Shown here one piece after another: positions 22,105 through 32,112 of a DNA stretch of 64,000 bases. Both the position numbers and the translations under genes were made by a program. This DNA comes from Azolla caroliniana (Eukaryota > Plantae > Polypodiophyta). Location: positions 5,828,001 through 5,892,000 of the forward strand of contig JBHGNT010000004.1 of the NCBI GenBank assembly GCA_043228905.1, in the 5' to 3' direction. Under the pieces are notes generated by a model, which worked only from the letters and a program-made list of their open reading frames with translations, was not told the origin of the DNA and made no database searches. Position 1 is the first letter of the stretch; each line of letters begins with the position of its first letter.

Positions 22105-25100
22105 CTACGGAGGGAGATCAAGGAGGAATGTGACATCATTAACTTTACCCGTAATACAGAAAGGACCGAGCCGTCGATAATCCAACTTGTTGCACGGTCG
22201 AGTAGTCTTGATGTGACGACGTAAGAGCCATACTCGATCTCCGATGGCAAAAGAGGAGGGAAGTCGATGGCGATCCGCGTAAGTCTTCTGTGTTTGTTGA
22301 GCATGACGAAGATGAGTCGAGAGATCTGTCTGGATCTTGCGTAGTCTCTCCAAATGATCCCCGGCACGAGGATTGGTAGGTAGCTCAGGGGTGTCGATCA
22401 CCAACCAGCGAGGATGAGAACCAGTATAAGCATAGAATGGGGAGACTCGAGTCGAGGAGTGAACAACATTATTATACGCAAACTCCGCAAAGTGGAGAAT
22501 CTCGGCCCAATCGTCTTGTTGATAACTCAGGAAACACCGGAGATATTGCTCCAACATTTGGTTTGTTCCTTCTACCTGCCCATCGGTCTGAGGATGGTAG
22601 CCGGAGGAGAGGTTGCAAGAGACCTTGAGCATCTTGAAGAGATGCTGCCAAAATTCGGAGACAAATTGCAGTCCTCGGTCCCTGATGATACTGTCTGGGA
22701 GGCCATGATGCCGAAATACCTCACGTATGACTAGGGCGGCGGTTTCCTCGCTAGTGATGGCCTTAGTACACGGAACAAAATGTGCCATCTTCGTATATCG
22801 ATCGACGACGGTTAAGATAGCATCGAACCCCTGCGAGACCGGCAGATCTGTGATAAAATCAAGACAAATAGACTGCCACGGCTTACTTGGAATCGGTAAG
22901 GGTTCCAACAAGCCATATGGATGGTGTCGTGGCATCTTTTCTCGGCAGCAAGCATCACAAGTCCGAACGTAGTCGTCGACAAAACGGCGCATGTGGGGCC
23001 ACCAAAAAGATCGTTGCACTAGCTCCAACGTCTTAGTACTACCGAAATGTCCCGCCGTATGGGTGTCGTGACAATGCTGGACGATTTGAAGGCGACAGGA
23101 GCAATCGGGGACATATACACGCTTTTTAAAGAATAACAAACCATCATGATATTCGAATTGTCGGTAGTCAATACCTGGTTGTTGAGACTGAGAACAGGAT
23201 GCCCGAGAAGTATCAATGTGCGCCAGGATGTCTTGAGCAAAACTATCCGTCTTCAAGTTTGCACGTATGTCATCGGTAATCCGTGTTGGTCCCAAGATTA
23301 CTTGCTTTTGATTATCAAATGTTGGATCACCAGGACGAGGTGCAAGATATGAACGCCGTGATAGTGCATCTGCTTTTCCTTGCTGCTTCCCCGGTCGATA
23401 TGTGATTTTGAAGTCGAAACGTGTGAGGAATTGCGCCCACCGAGCTTGCCGTCGATTTAGTACGCGAGCGTTCTGGAAATAAGCAAGATTTTTATGATCA
23501 CTAAAGACAACGACCTTATGTGGAGAGCCCTCTAAGAAATGCCGCCATTGCACAAATGAATCCACGATGGCTAATAACTCCTTGTCATGTATTTCGTAGT
23601 TGATTTCCGCAACATCGAATTTGCGCGAATGGAAAGCCACCGGATGCAACTCTTCTTTATCTCCTTGTTGAGAAAGGATGCTACCGAGGGTGAAATCTGA
23701 AGCATCAGCCTCCATGATGAATGGTTTGCTAGTATCCACATGAGCTAGAATCGATGCTGATGTAAAGGCTTTCTTAAGATGCCGAAAAGCCATATCTACT
23801 TCAATGGACCAAAGAAATGCTTGGCCCTTCTTCGTAAGTTGTGTGAGGGGTAGGATAATCTTCGAGTAATCCTGTATAAACTTACGGTAGAAGTTAGCAA
23901 AACCTAGAAAACATTGTACATCTCGTACCGACCGTGGAATTTGCCACTCTAGTACAGTTTGGACTTTAGCTGAATCCATGGCGATGCCCTTTGAGGAGAT
24001 GACATAGCCTAGAAATTCCACTTGCTTGCAGTCAAAGCTACATTTTTCTAGCTTGGCATAAAGACCATTCTCGCGGAGTTGCTTTAGTACTAATAGTACA
24101 TGAGAATCGTGCTCTTGATGGGTCTTCGAATAAATCAATAGATCATCAAGATAGATGATCAAACAGATATCCAAGAGGTCTCTGAATATATCATTTGCCA
24201 TGTGTTGGAAGACTGCGGGTCCATTGGTTAGGCCGAACGGCATAACAGTATACTCAAAATGCCCATACCGCGTGCGAAAGGCGGTCTTCCATTCATCTCC
24301 CGGTCGGATCCGCACGAGGTTATACGCTCCTCGTAGATCGATTTTGGTAAAAAAATTGGCACCATTAACTTGCTCTAAAAGACTTGATATAAGAGGAAGT
24401 GCATACCTATTCCAGATGGTGACCTTATTCAATCCGCGATAATCAACGACGAGACGAAGTGAGCCATCTTTCTTCTTGACAAAGAAGATGGGTGCACCTG
24501 CGGGAGATTTCGAATGACGGATGAACCTGCTTGCCAAGTTCTCCTCTATGTAGGCTCGAAGGACTTCTAACTCGGTGGGTGACAAGTTGTAAATTGGTCC
24601 CCATGGTGGCTTGGTTCCTGGTTGTAAATCGATGGGACAGTCATAGGGACGGTGATGAGGAAGGGTACCGGCTTTTACCTTGTCAAATACATCGGCATAA
24701 GGATGATATTTTGCCGGAAGTTGTATTGAGGAGACCTTCTTAATAGTGCTAGAAGGATGTACTGATATTGCAAATAGGAACATTGCCTCCTTGTGTCCTT
24801 CTTCGCGTATTTGATGGAGTGAAATGGTCGAAACTCGGTGAGTAGATTCTTGGGGTGGTCGATATCGGACTTCTCTTGTTCTCCAATCTATGGTTGGATT
24901 ATGTAATTCAAACCAAGGTAATCCTAGGACAATGGGATGCTCTAGACTACTAATTATATTAAATGATATTACACACACAAAACTACCTAGGACAACTTGA
25001 ATGGGTTCTGATTCTTCTACAATATTCCCGGAAGCAATGGGACGACCATCAATGACTACTATAGATGCGGGACAAGGAAGTTTTCTTAGGGATATCTGAG

Positions 25101-25311
25101 AAGCTTGGGCAAAATTTCGATCCATGAAACAGGAATTAGCTCCGGAATCTAAGAGTGCTAGGACGGGTACTGGGGGAGTACTTTTAGTACTAACAATGAC
25201 TTGGGCTAGGAACACATTGCTAACTTGCTTGGAAGGAATGGAACCACTAATGGGCTGTACAGATCTAGGGTTGTTGTCCAACCAAACGGCTCCTATTTTG
25301 GCTGGACTCAA
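22105..25311 (-). CDS. Element C pol (protease-RT-RNase H-integrase), frameshifted before the chromodomain
   Basis: LLDSGA, YLDD, EADAS, HHCC, core integrase, LGPF motif; probably reached by -1 frameshift from gag. Confidence 0.88.
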   Translation of the reverse strand: MSPAKIGAVWLDNNPRSVQPISGSIPSKQVSNVFLAQVIVSTKSTPPVPVLALLDSGANSCFMDRNFAQASQISLRKLPCPASIVVIDGRPIASGNIVEESEPIQVVLGSFVCVISFNIISSLEHPIVLGLPWFELHNPTIDWRTREVRYRPPQESTHRVSTISLHQIREEGHKEAMFLFAISVHPSSTIKKVSSIQLPAKYHPYADVFDKVKAGTLPHHRPYDCPIDLQPGTKPPWGPIYNLSPTELEVLRAYIEENLASRFIRHSKSPAGAPIFFVKKKDGSLRLVVDYRGLNKVTIWNRYALPLISSLLEQVNGANFFTKIDLRGAYNLVRIRPGDEWKTAFRTRYGHFEYTVMPFGLTNGPAVFQHMANDIFRDLLDICLIIYLDDLLIYSKTHQEHDSHVLLVLKQLRENGLYAKLEKCSFDCKQVEFLGYVISSKGIAMDSAKVQTVLEWQIPRSVRDVQCFLGFANFYRKFIQDYSKIILPLTQLTKKGQAFLWSIEVDMAFRHLKKAFTSASILAHVDTSKPFIMEADASDFTLGSILSQQGDKEELHPVAFHSRKFDVAEINYEIHDKELLAIVDSFVQWRHFLEGSPHKVVVFSDHKNLAYFQNARVLNRRQARWAQFLTRFDFKITYRPGKQQGKADALSRRSYLAPRPGDPTFDNQKQVILGPTRITDDIRANLKTDSFAQDILAHIDTSRASCSQSQQPGIDYRQFEYHDGLLFFKKRVYVPDCSCRLQIVQHCHDTHTAGHFGSTKTLELVQRSFWWPHMRRFVDDYVRTCDACCREKMPRHHPYGLLEPLPIPSKPWQSICLDFITDLPVSQGFDAILTVVDRYTKMAHFVPCTKAITSEETAALVIREVFRHHGLPDSIIRDRGLQFVSEFWQHLFKMLKVSCNLSSGYHPQTDGQVEGTNQMLEQYLRCFLSYQQDDWAEILHFAEFAYNNVVHSSTRVSPFYAYTGSHPRWLVIDTPELPTNPRAGDHLERLRKIQTDLSTHLRHAQQTQKTYADRHRLPSSFAIGDRVWLLRRHIKTTRPCNKLDYRRLGPFCITGKVNDVTFLLDLPP

Positions 25312-26449
25312 TCGTTTAACTCTTCATCTAATTGACTAAGGATTTCAAATTTGTTTGAGATACTTGGGCTATTAGTACTATGAATACTATCTGACACTCT
25401 ATTAGTACTATTAATACTATCAGACACTCCGAAGGGAAGAATTGACTCGGATTTAGTACAAGCGACGATTTGATTTACCTGTCTTCTTGGCCTATGGGGA
25501 CAATTGATGGCGATATGCCCTGGTCCACCGCAATAAAGACATAATCGATTGGCACGTCATCGTTGCTTTTCTTCTTCCGATAACGGGCCGCGTCGACGCA
25601 TGGTGTCGGAATATTGGCTTGGGGTACATCGCGTGCAAACGGTTTAGCCGTGACTGAGGCGTATGTGGGTTCCGGCCGAGAGCGTGGTATTTGTAACTGA
25701 CGCTCCGAACGCCGTTCGAAAAGGCGGTTGTCGCATCGGACCACTCGACTAATTGCCTTCGTAAGAGACTTTGGTTCTTCGGGGAAGGTTAAAAGCAGAT
25801 CTTTGACATCATTGCGCAAGCCGTAGTGAAACTGCTCCATGAGGGCCTGATCATCCCAGGGAATATCTAAGGCGAGTAGACGGAAATCCGCCGCGTAGGC
25901 AGAGGCTGGACGATCACCTTGACGCAATCTTCGGATCTTGTTGATCGTCGTCCTGATGATGTCGGTATCTCCAAAGCAGGCTTTAAACTCACCAATAAAA
26001 TCTTCAAAGTTATTAAGCAAGGGTGATTGTTTTTCTAGAAGCGGAGCGAACCATGCCAAGGTTGAGCCGCTAAGTAACGTGCCTATTAGGCCGACTCGAG
26101 ATGCATCAGTGGGATATCGGGAAGGATGCATCTGGATGACTAAGCATACCTGATTAAGGAATCCCCTGAATTGTGATCGCGTTCCATCAAATTTCACAAG
26201 AAGTTCAATCTTGGGCTCTTTATGAAATCCTTGGGGACTTGATCCTTGTTGTTGCAACGCTGCTTCGAGTTGTTGTACCCGTAATGCTAACTCCCCATGT
26301 TGTTGTTGCGTTTGTTGTTTTTCGAGAGCGATTTGTTGCAGATCCCCTATCAACCGTTGGTTTTCTTGTTCCAGGGCAACAAACTTTTCTTTTAGGCATT
26401 GTAACTCGGAGAAAACGGATTGATATTCTTGGGCGCTAACAGTAGCCAT
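25308..26449 (-). pseudogene. Element C gag, frameshifted near 25600
   Basis: MATVSAQEY.. homologous to the intact gag at 35697-36848; small deletion before the zinc knuckle. Confidence 0.88.
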
Positions 26450-28165
26450 AGTATAGGGAAAAGAGTAGGAGGATGAGGGAGAACGACAAGTAGGCTGGAG
26501 GAAAGGAAAAAATTGGTTCAAACTGTCAGGAATAATACTAAAGCAGAGATGGAATTAGTACTAAGAAGAGTAGTACTATTAGTACTAAGAGGACGGGACT
26601 ACATACGGTTCCCGAGAGAGGAAGTGAGAAGAGGAGAGAGAGATAGCAAGGATGAGAGAGAGAGAAAGATGATGACAGCAGCTAATATATTATGTGAAAA
26701 GATAAGTACAAAGCGGCTGAGAGGCTTAAGACTGGCGTTGAACCAATTTGGTTCAACATAATGCCTAGTGCCTTCTTTTATAGTGTTGTCAGGAGTAATC
26801 CTGAAACTTCTAGAATGTTCCAGAGAAATTTGGAATATACATTACTTTCTTATAATAAAACATAAATGAAAATAATATCCTATGAATTAAGAGCTCGACC
26901 CATATACCATAAGGTCATGGGTTCGAGTCTTGCCATATCATGACACTTGGCCTTCCGAGGCGTTGTTCCATGTTCGAACATGATTCTCTTCGACCAACAA
27001 CATGGATTGAAGGTCAAAGAAGGAGGGTGGATTCTACCGTGCTAGTACGGCGGTCCGCATCACGCCGAATCGTGGTGCAAGGCCGCCGAAACATATTTGC
27101 ACCATCTCATCATCCTCCACGTTTACGCTTATCGAGCCGAGCGAATCACAAAGCTCCTTGATCTTCAAGGTGTAGCTCGTGACGGACGTATCCCTTTGTT
27201 GGATATTATTCAACTCTTGGCGGAGTTGAAGCTTTCTCGCGATAGTGTTGGCGGCGAAAATCTTTCGTAGAATCTCCCACGCTTCCTTCCGTGTCCTGGC
27301 TTCTCGAATGTACCCGAGCATGTGGTCGTGAACACATGTCGCCAAGCAATACATCACTCGGCTTGCCGCTTGCTCCCACGTTGCATAGTCAGCGTTTTTC
27401 GGGTTGGGCCAATTTTCTTGTGCTCCTTTGATGTAGCTCCAATAGCCTTGGCCGACAAGGTATTAGTGCATCTTGTACTCCCAAGATGCAAAGTTGTTGC
27501 GATCCAACTTCTCGCTAGGGAGAGCGCTCCCCATTTGAGTATTCATTGTCGATGTAGATTTCTTCCTTTTCCTTCTCTCTCGAACACGAGCTATGTAGTC
27601 GCACTACGATAGCGATGAGCCGGTTCTTCTTGAACGTCGGCGTAGAGCACAACACACGATCACAATGAGGCGAGTGGGCTAGATCGAGCTACCAAATTGC
27701 TCTGATACCATATAAAGAATCGGGTATGATTCTTGTGTAGCGGAAGAGATGTGTGTTATGTGTATGTGTGAGAGGAATTAGAGGAGAAATGAGAGAACAC
27801 TAGATAGATAGACAAGAGAAATAAAATACTCAAGAAGGTGTATATTTCACAAGTAGAATAAGAATTACAAAATGTAGCATAATAAGGAGTCACAACCGAC
27901 TTTGTATAAAGTATGAGGAGGGTGCTTTATATAGAGTCACCCTCTCTCTTCATTAACTTTACAACAACCACTCTCTCTCTTGGGGAATGTGAAGACTCAT
28001 AGTCATGGGGAATATGTAACTCATTAGTTATGTGTCATAGAATATGATTCTATAACACATAGTTAATGTGTAGAGAGTAGTGTTGTGACTCTTGACCTTT
28101 GAGTAATCATGGATTCTCAAAAGGTGTGTTCACACGTTGCACTATGTTGAGCTTGATTCTCAACA

Positions 28166-30420
28166 GAAACATTCCAACTCGGTACATTGGCTGGCAACAT
28201 CTTGAGAAAGTGGGTCAATGGGTTTCGGTTAAAACCGTACCTCGTCCATACCCAACCCAACCCTTTCGTTGGTAAACAACACGATTGAGACCCGCCCGCA
28301 GTAGGTGAAATGGAGGATGTCGAGGTTTACTCGCCCCAATTCTGGTAATTACTCTACCTACCGCCCGAAATTGTATACTATGTGAAAAAAAAGGAGACCC
28401 ACTAAGTAAATATTTAAGGAGCATGCACAACTCACGGAAAAGAAAGTACAAACGGTTTTTCGTTGCGTGGTCTTTACACCTTATTATAGCAGGCAAGATT
28501 CTTAATCTAGGGCACAAGGCCACACCTCAAGAACTGAGGTACACACATAAAGGAAGGCATCATAAGCATAACACTCACTCACTCACAAGCACCCAAAGCC
28601 CTCAATCTCTCTTGCCTTTTGCTCAAACGCTCTCCCACTCTCAGACTCTCTACAGAGAAGCTTCTACTCGTTTCCTGTCTCCTTACCCCCACACCCACTG
28701 GAAGCATCCAAAGAACTCCACACCTAGTTAAATAGGCACGGCCTAGGTAGTTACCTCCGCGTTGTGGATGCACCTCCCAACCCCGAGGCAAAGGAGATAG
28801 GACATCGAGTGCATCCGGACACCATCACCAACAATCAGATCTGGTAGGTGCTAGGATTGCAAAGAGGAGGTGAACATGACATTGAGGCTCCGCCTCAGAG
28901 TATCCTTGAAGAACATCTTGGGGAATACTTGGTGTTTGCAAAAGCCTACCGCACACTTGGAGGGCCCAATGAATTTTTTGGAGATTTGGCACGCTTTCTA
29001 TTAGAGTTTGGTTGCATGCATGCAAACGCATACGCATGCCAAAGAAGAAGGCATGGATCATCATCGCGACATACAAAGGTGGTGCCATCGATTGGGGCAT
29101 CATCAAAGGGGAAGGAGTTCGTGTTGGCTTGTGTGCCTTTCAGGCAGGAAAACAGTTCTTGCCTGCCTTAGCACACTACCTAGTTGTGCTTTACCCTCCC
29201 CAATCCATGGCCACACCCCGCCGAACTCTCACCCTCCCCGCGTCACCCACCCATGCGAAACGCCAACGAGCTCTTTAGTTAACTCATGAGGAATGACAGG
29301 ATGACACACCGGTCTGGACCCCTACATCGCCACAGTCGATACCCAATGCCAAGACCCAGGAAGCTGAAGACAGTATCACCATTAGAGTGCATGAAAAACC
29401 TAAGTCATCTGCCTTGGTGGATAAACCGAAACTAAAATTGGCCAGCCCGCGACCGGACCACCAGGAGGTGACTCGGACAACCATGGGCAATAGCAGATAA
29501 TCCTCCGTGGAGCAACCCAAACGGCTCCACAAAGAATCAGCGGACATGCAGAGGAGCCCTGCTAAGAAACGCCGCAAGTTACAATGCCATAATGAAGATT
29601 CGGCCAAGAACCGGCCACTAGTCGTCGCTCCCAACAAAACCATAGTTGTCGTCATGGACAAGGCCTTGTCCTTAATAGGAAATACAGAGCAAGGGAAATC
29701 TTCCCGGTTCTAAGAGGAGGAAGTAATGACCTTCAAGGACTTGACCGCCAAGTCCTACAAGCTCGGTGTGATCTTACAACACGGCACGGCATACGAGCTA
29801 ATCGACTTCCTCGCTCACCTCTAGATTGTTGTCACGGCACGCATGGCTCAAGACCATGCCGAACAACAGATGATCCAACAGGCGACATCCAACAAGCTCG
29901 AATTAGACGAGGAGCCGCAACTACAAAAGATCGGCCGGAAACACGTAACCAAAACCCGATGTGCTTGGATCGAGGTACCGGACCTCAACACGGCCTTGGT
30001 CGAGGTTTACCGCGAATTGGAGAAAGCGACCCACATTTCCAAAGACATGGCGGTCAGCAGCAAACAAGCCAAAACAGCCATGGAGTTATGGCAGGCCTCG
30101 AAAAGCCGCCTGACTGAGCTTCAACACCAACTCCACAATACCGGCAACCCAACTTTCTCACCTTACCACCCCTTGTTTCCAATCCTGTCAAGGTGTCCAC
30201 ATAAACAGAGGAGCCCAACCCTCCCAAGCCAGCGGATGTGTCCACACAAACCCGACGAGCCAAACGACTCGGTACCGGCCACGGTACGGGCCCCAACCCA
30301 CAATTATGACGAAGATCTTGCGGTGCAAAGGGAGGTAGCCGAGAAAGCCAAGGAACGCTACAAAGCGACCAAAGCAAACGCAGAAACTGAAACCGGGAGA
30401 TGGCGAGAATCCACCAAGGT
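28166..30420 (+). mobile_element. Right part of the non-chromovirus gypsy relic: integrase C-terminus plus degraded extra ORF
   Basis: Removing copia A rejoins DEFNE|TFQLGTLAGNILRKWVNGFRLKPY; downstream same-strand ORF fragments at 28848-29278 and 29507-30424. Confidence 0.75.
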
Positions 30421-30612
30421 ATAAAGCCCGATTTGTAGTGAAAGGCTTTCTGCAAAAGAAGGGTGTGGATTTCGACGAAATATTTTCCCCGATTGCCTTT
30501 CTCCATGGAGATCTAGAGGAAGAGATTTACATGCAATAGTCGGAGGGATTCGTGAAGAAAGGGAAGGAGAACCTAGTATGCGGACAAAGGAAAAGCTTCT
30601 ATGGATTGAAGT

Positions 30613-31051
30613 TGTCATGATATAGCATGGTATGGCTTCAAAAAGATTTGAACCCATGACCTTGTGTCACAGGGGTTGAAGCCCTACCATTAAGCTATAC
30701 ATTGTATTATAAAGAATATTGTTTTCATTTATTATTTCACTTAGGAAATCCATGTATATTGTAGATTTCTCTGGAACATTCTAGAAATGTCAAGAGTACT
30801 TCTAAGCACACTATAAAAAGAGGCACAAGGCATTATTGAGAACCAATTCGGTTCAACGCTAGTCTTAAGCCTCTTAGTTGTTCTTGTATCCTTCTTCATA
30901 TAACATAATATACTTCTCATTGTCAACATTCTCTCTCTCTCTCTCTCTCTCTCGTGATTCTCATACTCTCTTTCCCTTCTTAGCACTAATCCTCATTCTC
31001 CTCCTCTATCTTTAGTACTAATTCTCCTTGCCTCTAGTACTATCCTTGACA
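30613..31051 (+). mobile_element. Solo LTR of the chromovirus C/D family
   Basis: TGTCATGA...TGACA ends; TSD GAAGT/GAAGC; reverse-complement homology to the C and D LTRs. Confidence 0.92.
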
Positions 31052-32112
31052 GAAGCAAGCATCTCGGCAATGGTACCAGAAGTTCAAATCCTCCATGGTG
31101 GATCACAGCTTCAACAAGACACAAGCTTATCATTGTGTCTTTGTTAAGAAATATGATGGAGAAGACTTTCTCATCCTCCTATTGTATGTTGATGACATGC
31201 TAATTGTTAGACAGGACTTGAAGAAAATTGGATGCGTGAAGAAGGCCTTGAGCAAATCTTTTACCATGAAGGATATGAGTACGACAAAGCAAATCTTGGG
31301 AATGCACATTGTCCGAGATAGGAAAAAGAGATTGTTGTGGTTGTCACAAGAGAAGTATGGGACGAAGGTGCTCTAGTGATTTAGCATGGAAAACGTGAAA
31401 CCGGTCAGCTCGACACTGCTGACAAACTACAAGTTGATTAGAGGCCAATGTCCAAAGACGAAAGCGGAGAAAACTAAGATGAACAAGATCCCATATGCCT
31501 CAACGGTCAAAAGCCTAATGTATGCAATGATGTGCACTAGGCTGGAAATTGCTTACGTTGTCGTAGTTGACTGGTTCATGAGCAACCCCAGAAAGGAGCA
31601 CTAGGCCGCAATAAAATGGATATTTCAGTACCTGAGAGGCACCTCGAGCGTGTGCCTCTGATTCAGTTCGGGTAACCCCACATTAGAAGGATTCTGTCAG
31701 GAACAGTACTAAGACAGAGAAGGAATTAGTACTAAAAGAAGTATTAGTACTAAGAGAGGTAAAGAACTCTCGAGAGAAGGAAAGAGTGAGTGAGAGGGAG
31801 GGGGAGAGAGAGAGAGTGAGAGAGTGATGATAAGAAAAGATATATATTATGTGAAGAAAATGTACAGTAGCTAGGAGGCTTAAGACTGGCGTTGAACCGA
31901 TTTGGTTCGAAATAATGCCTTGTGCCTCCTTTTATAGTGTTCTAAGGAATACTCCTGAAGTTTCTAGAATGTTCCAGAGAAATCTAGAATATACATCAAT
32001 TTTCTATAATAAAACATAAATGAAAATAATATTCTATGTATTACAATGTATAGTCTAATGGTCGAGACCTCGACCCATGTAGTATAAGGTCATGGGTTCG
32101 AGTCTTGCCATA

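Larger units (their letters stand above)
21875..26945 (-). mobile_element. Chromovirus (Tcn1-like) Ty3/gypsy element C, nested in copia A gag; 3' LTR almost wholly deleted
   Basis: Perfect TSD CTTGG; 5' LTR 26524-26945; only TGTCAGGAAT (21875-21884) of the 3' LTR remains; chromodomain EYEVAAILDS..YLVDWVGYSPSERTWEP at ~21885-22000. Confidence 0.95.
12396..28165 (-). mobile_element. Ty1/copia element A (decayed, hosts two nested elements)
   Basis: LTRs 12396-12850 and 27711-28165; TSD GAAAT/GAAAC; PBS TGGTATCAGAGC (27699-27710, tRNA-iMet); PPT at 12851; gag 27540-26951 and 21870-21520, protease WFVDSG, integrase, RT YVDD, RNase H DIFTK. Confidence 0.95.

Noticed and set aside
21469-22367. 251-aa and 278-aa ORFs as novel genes
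   Set aside because: They span the junction between copia A gag and the element C chromodomain in non-coding frames.
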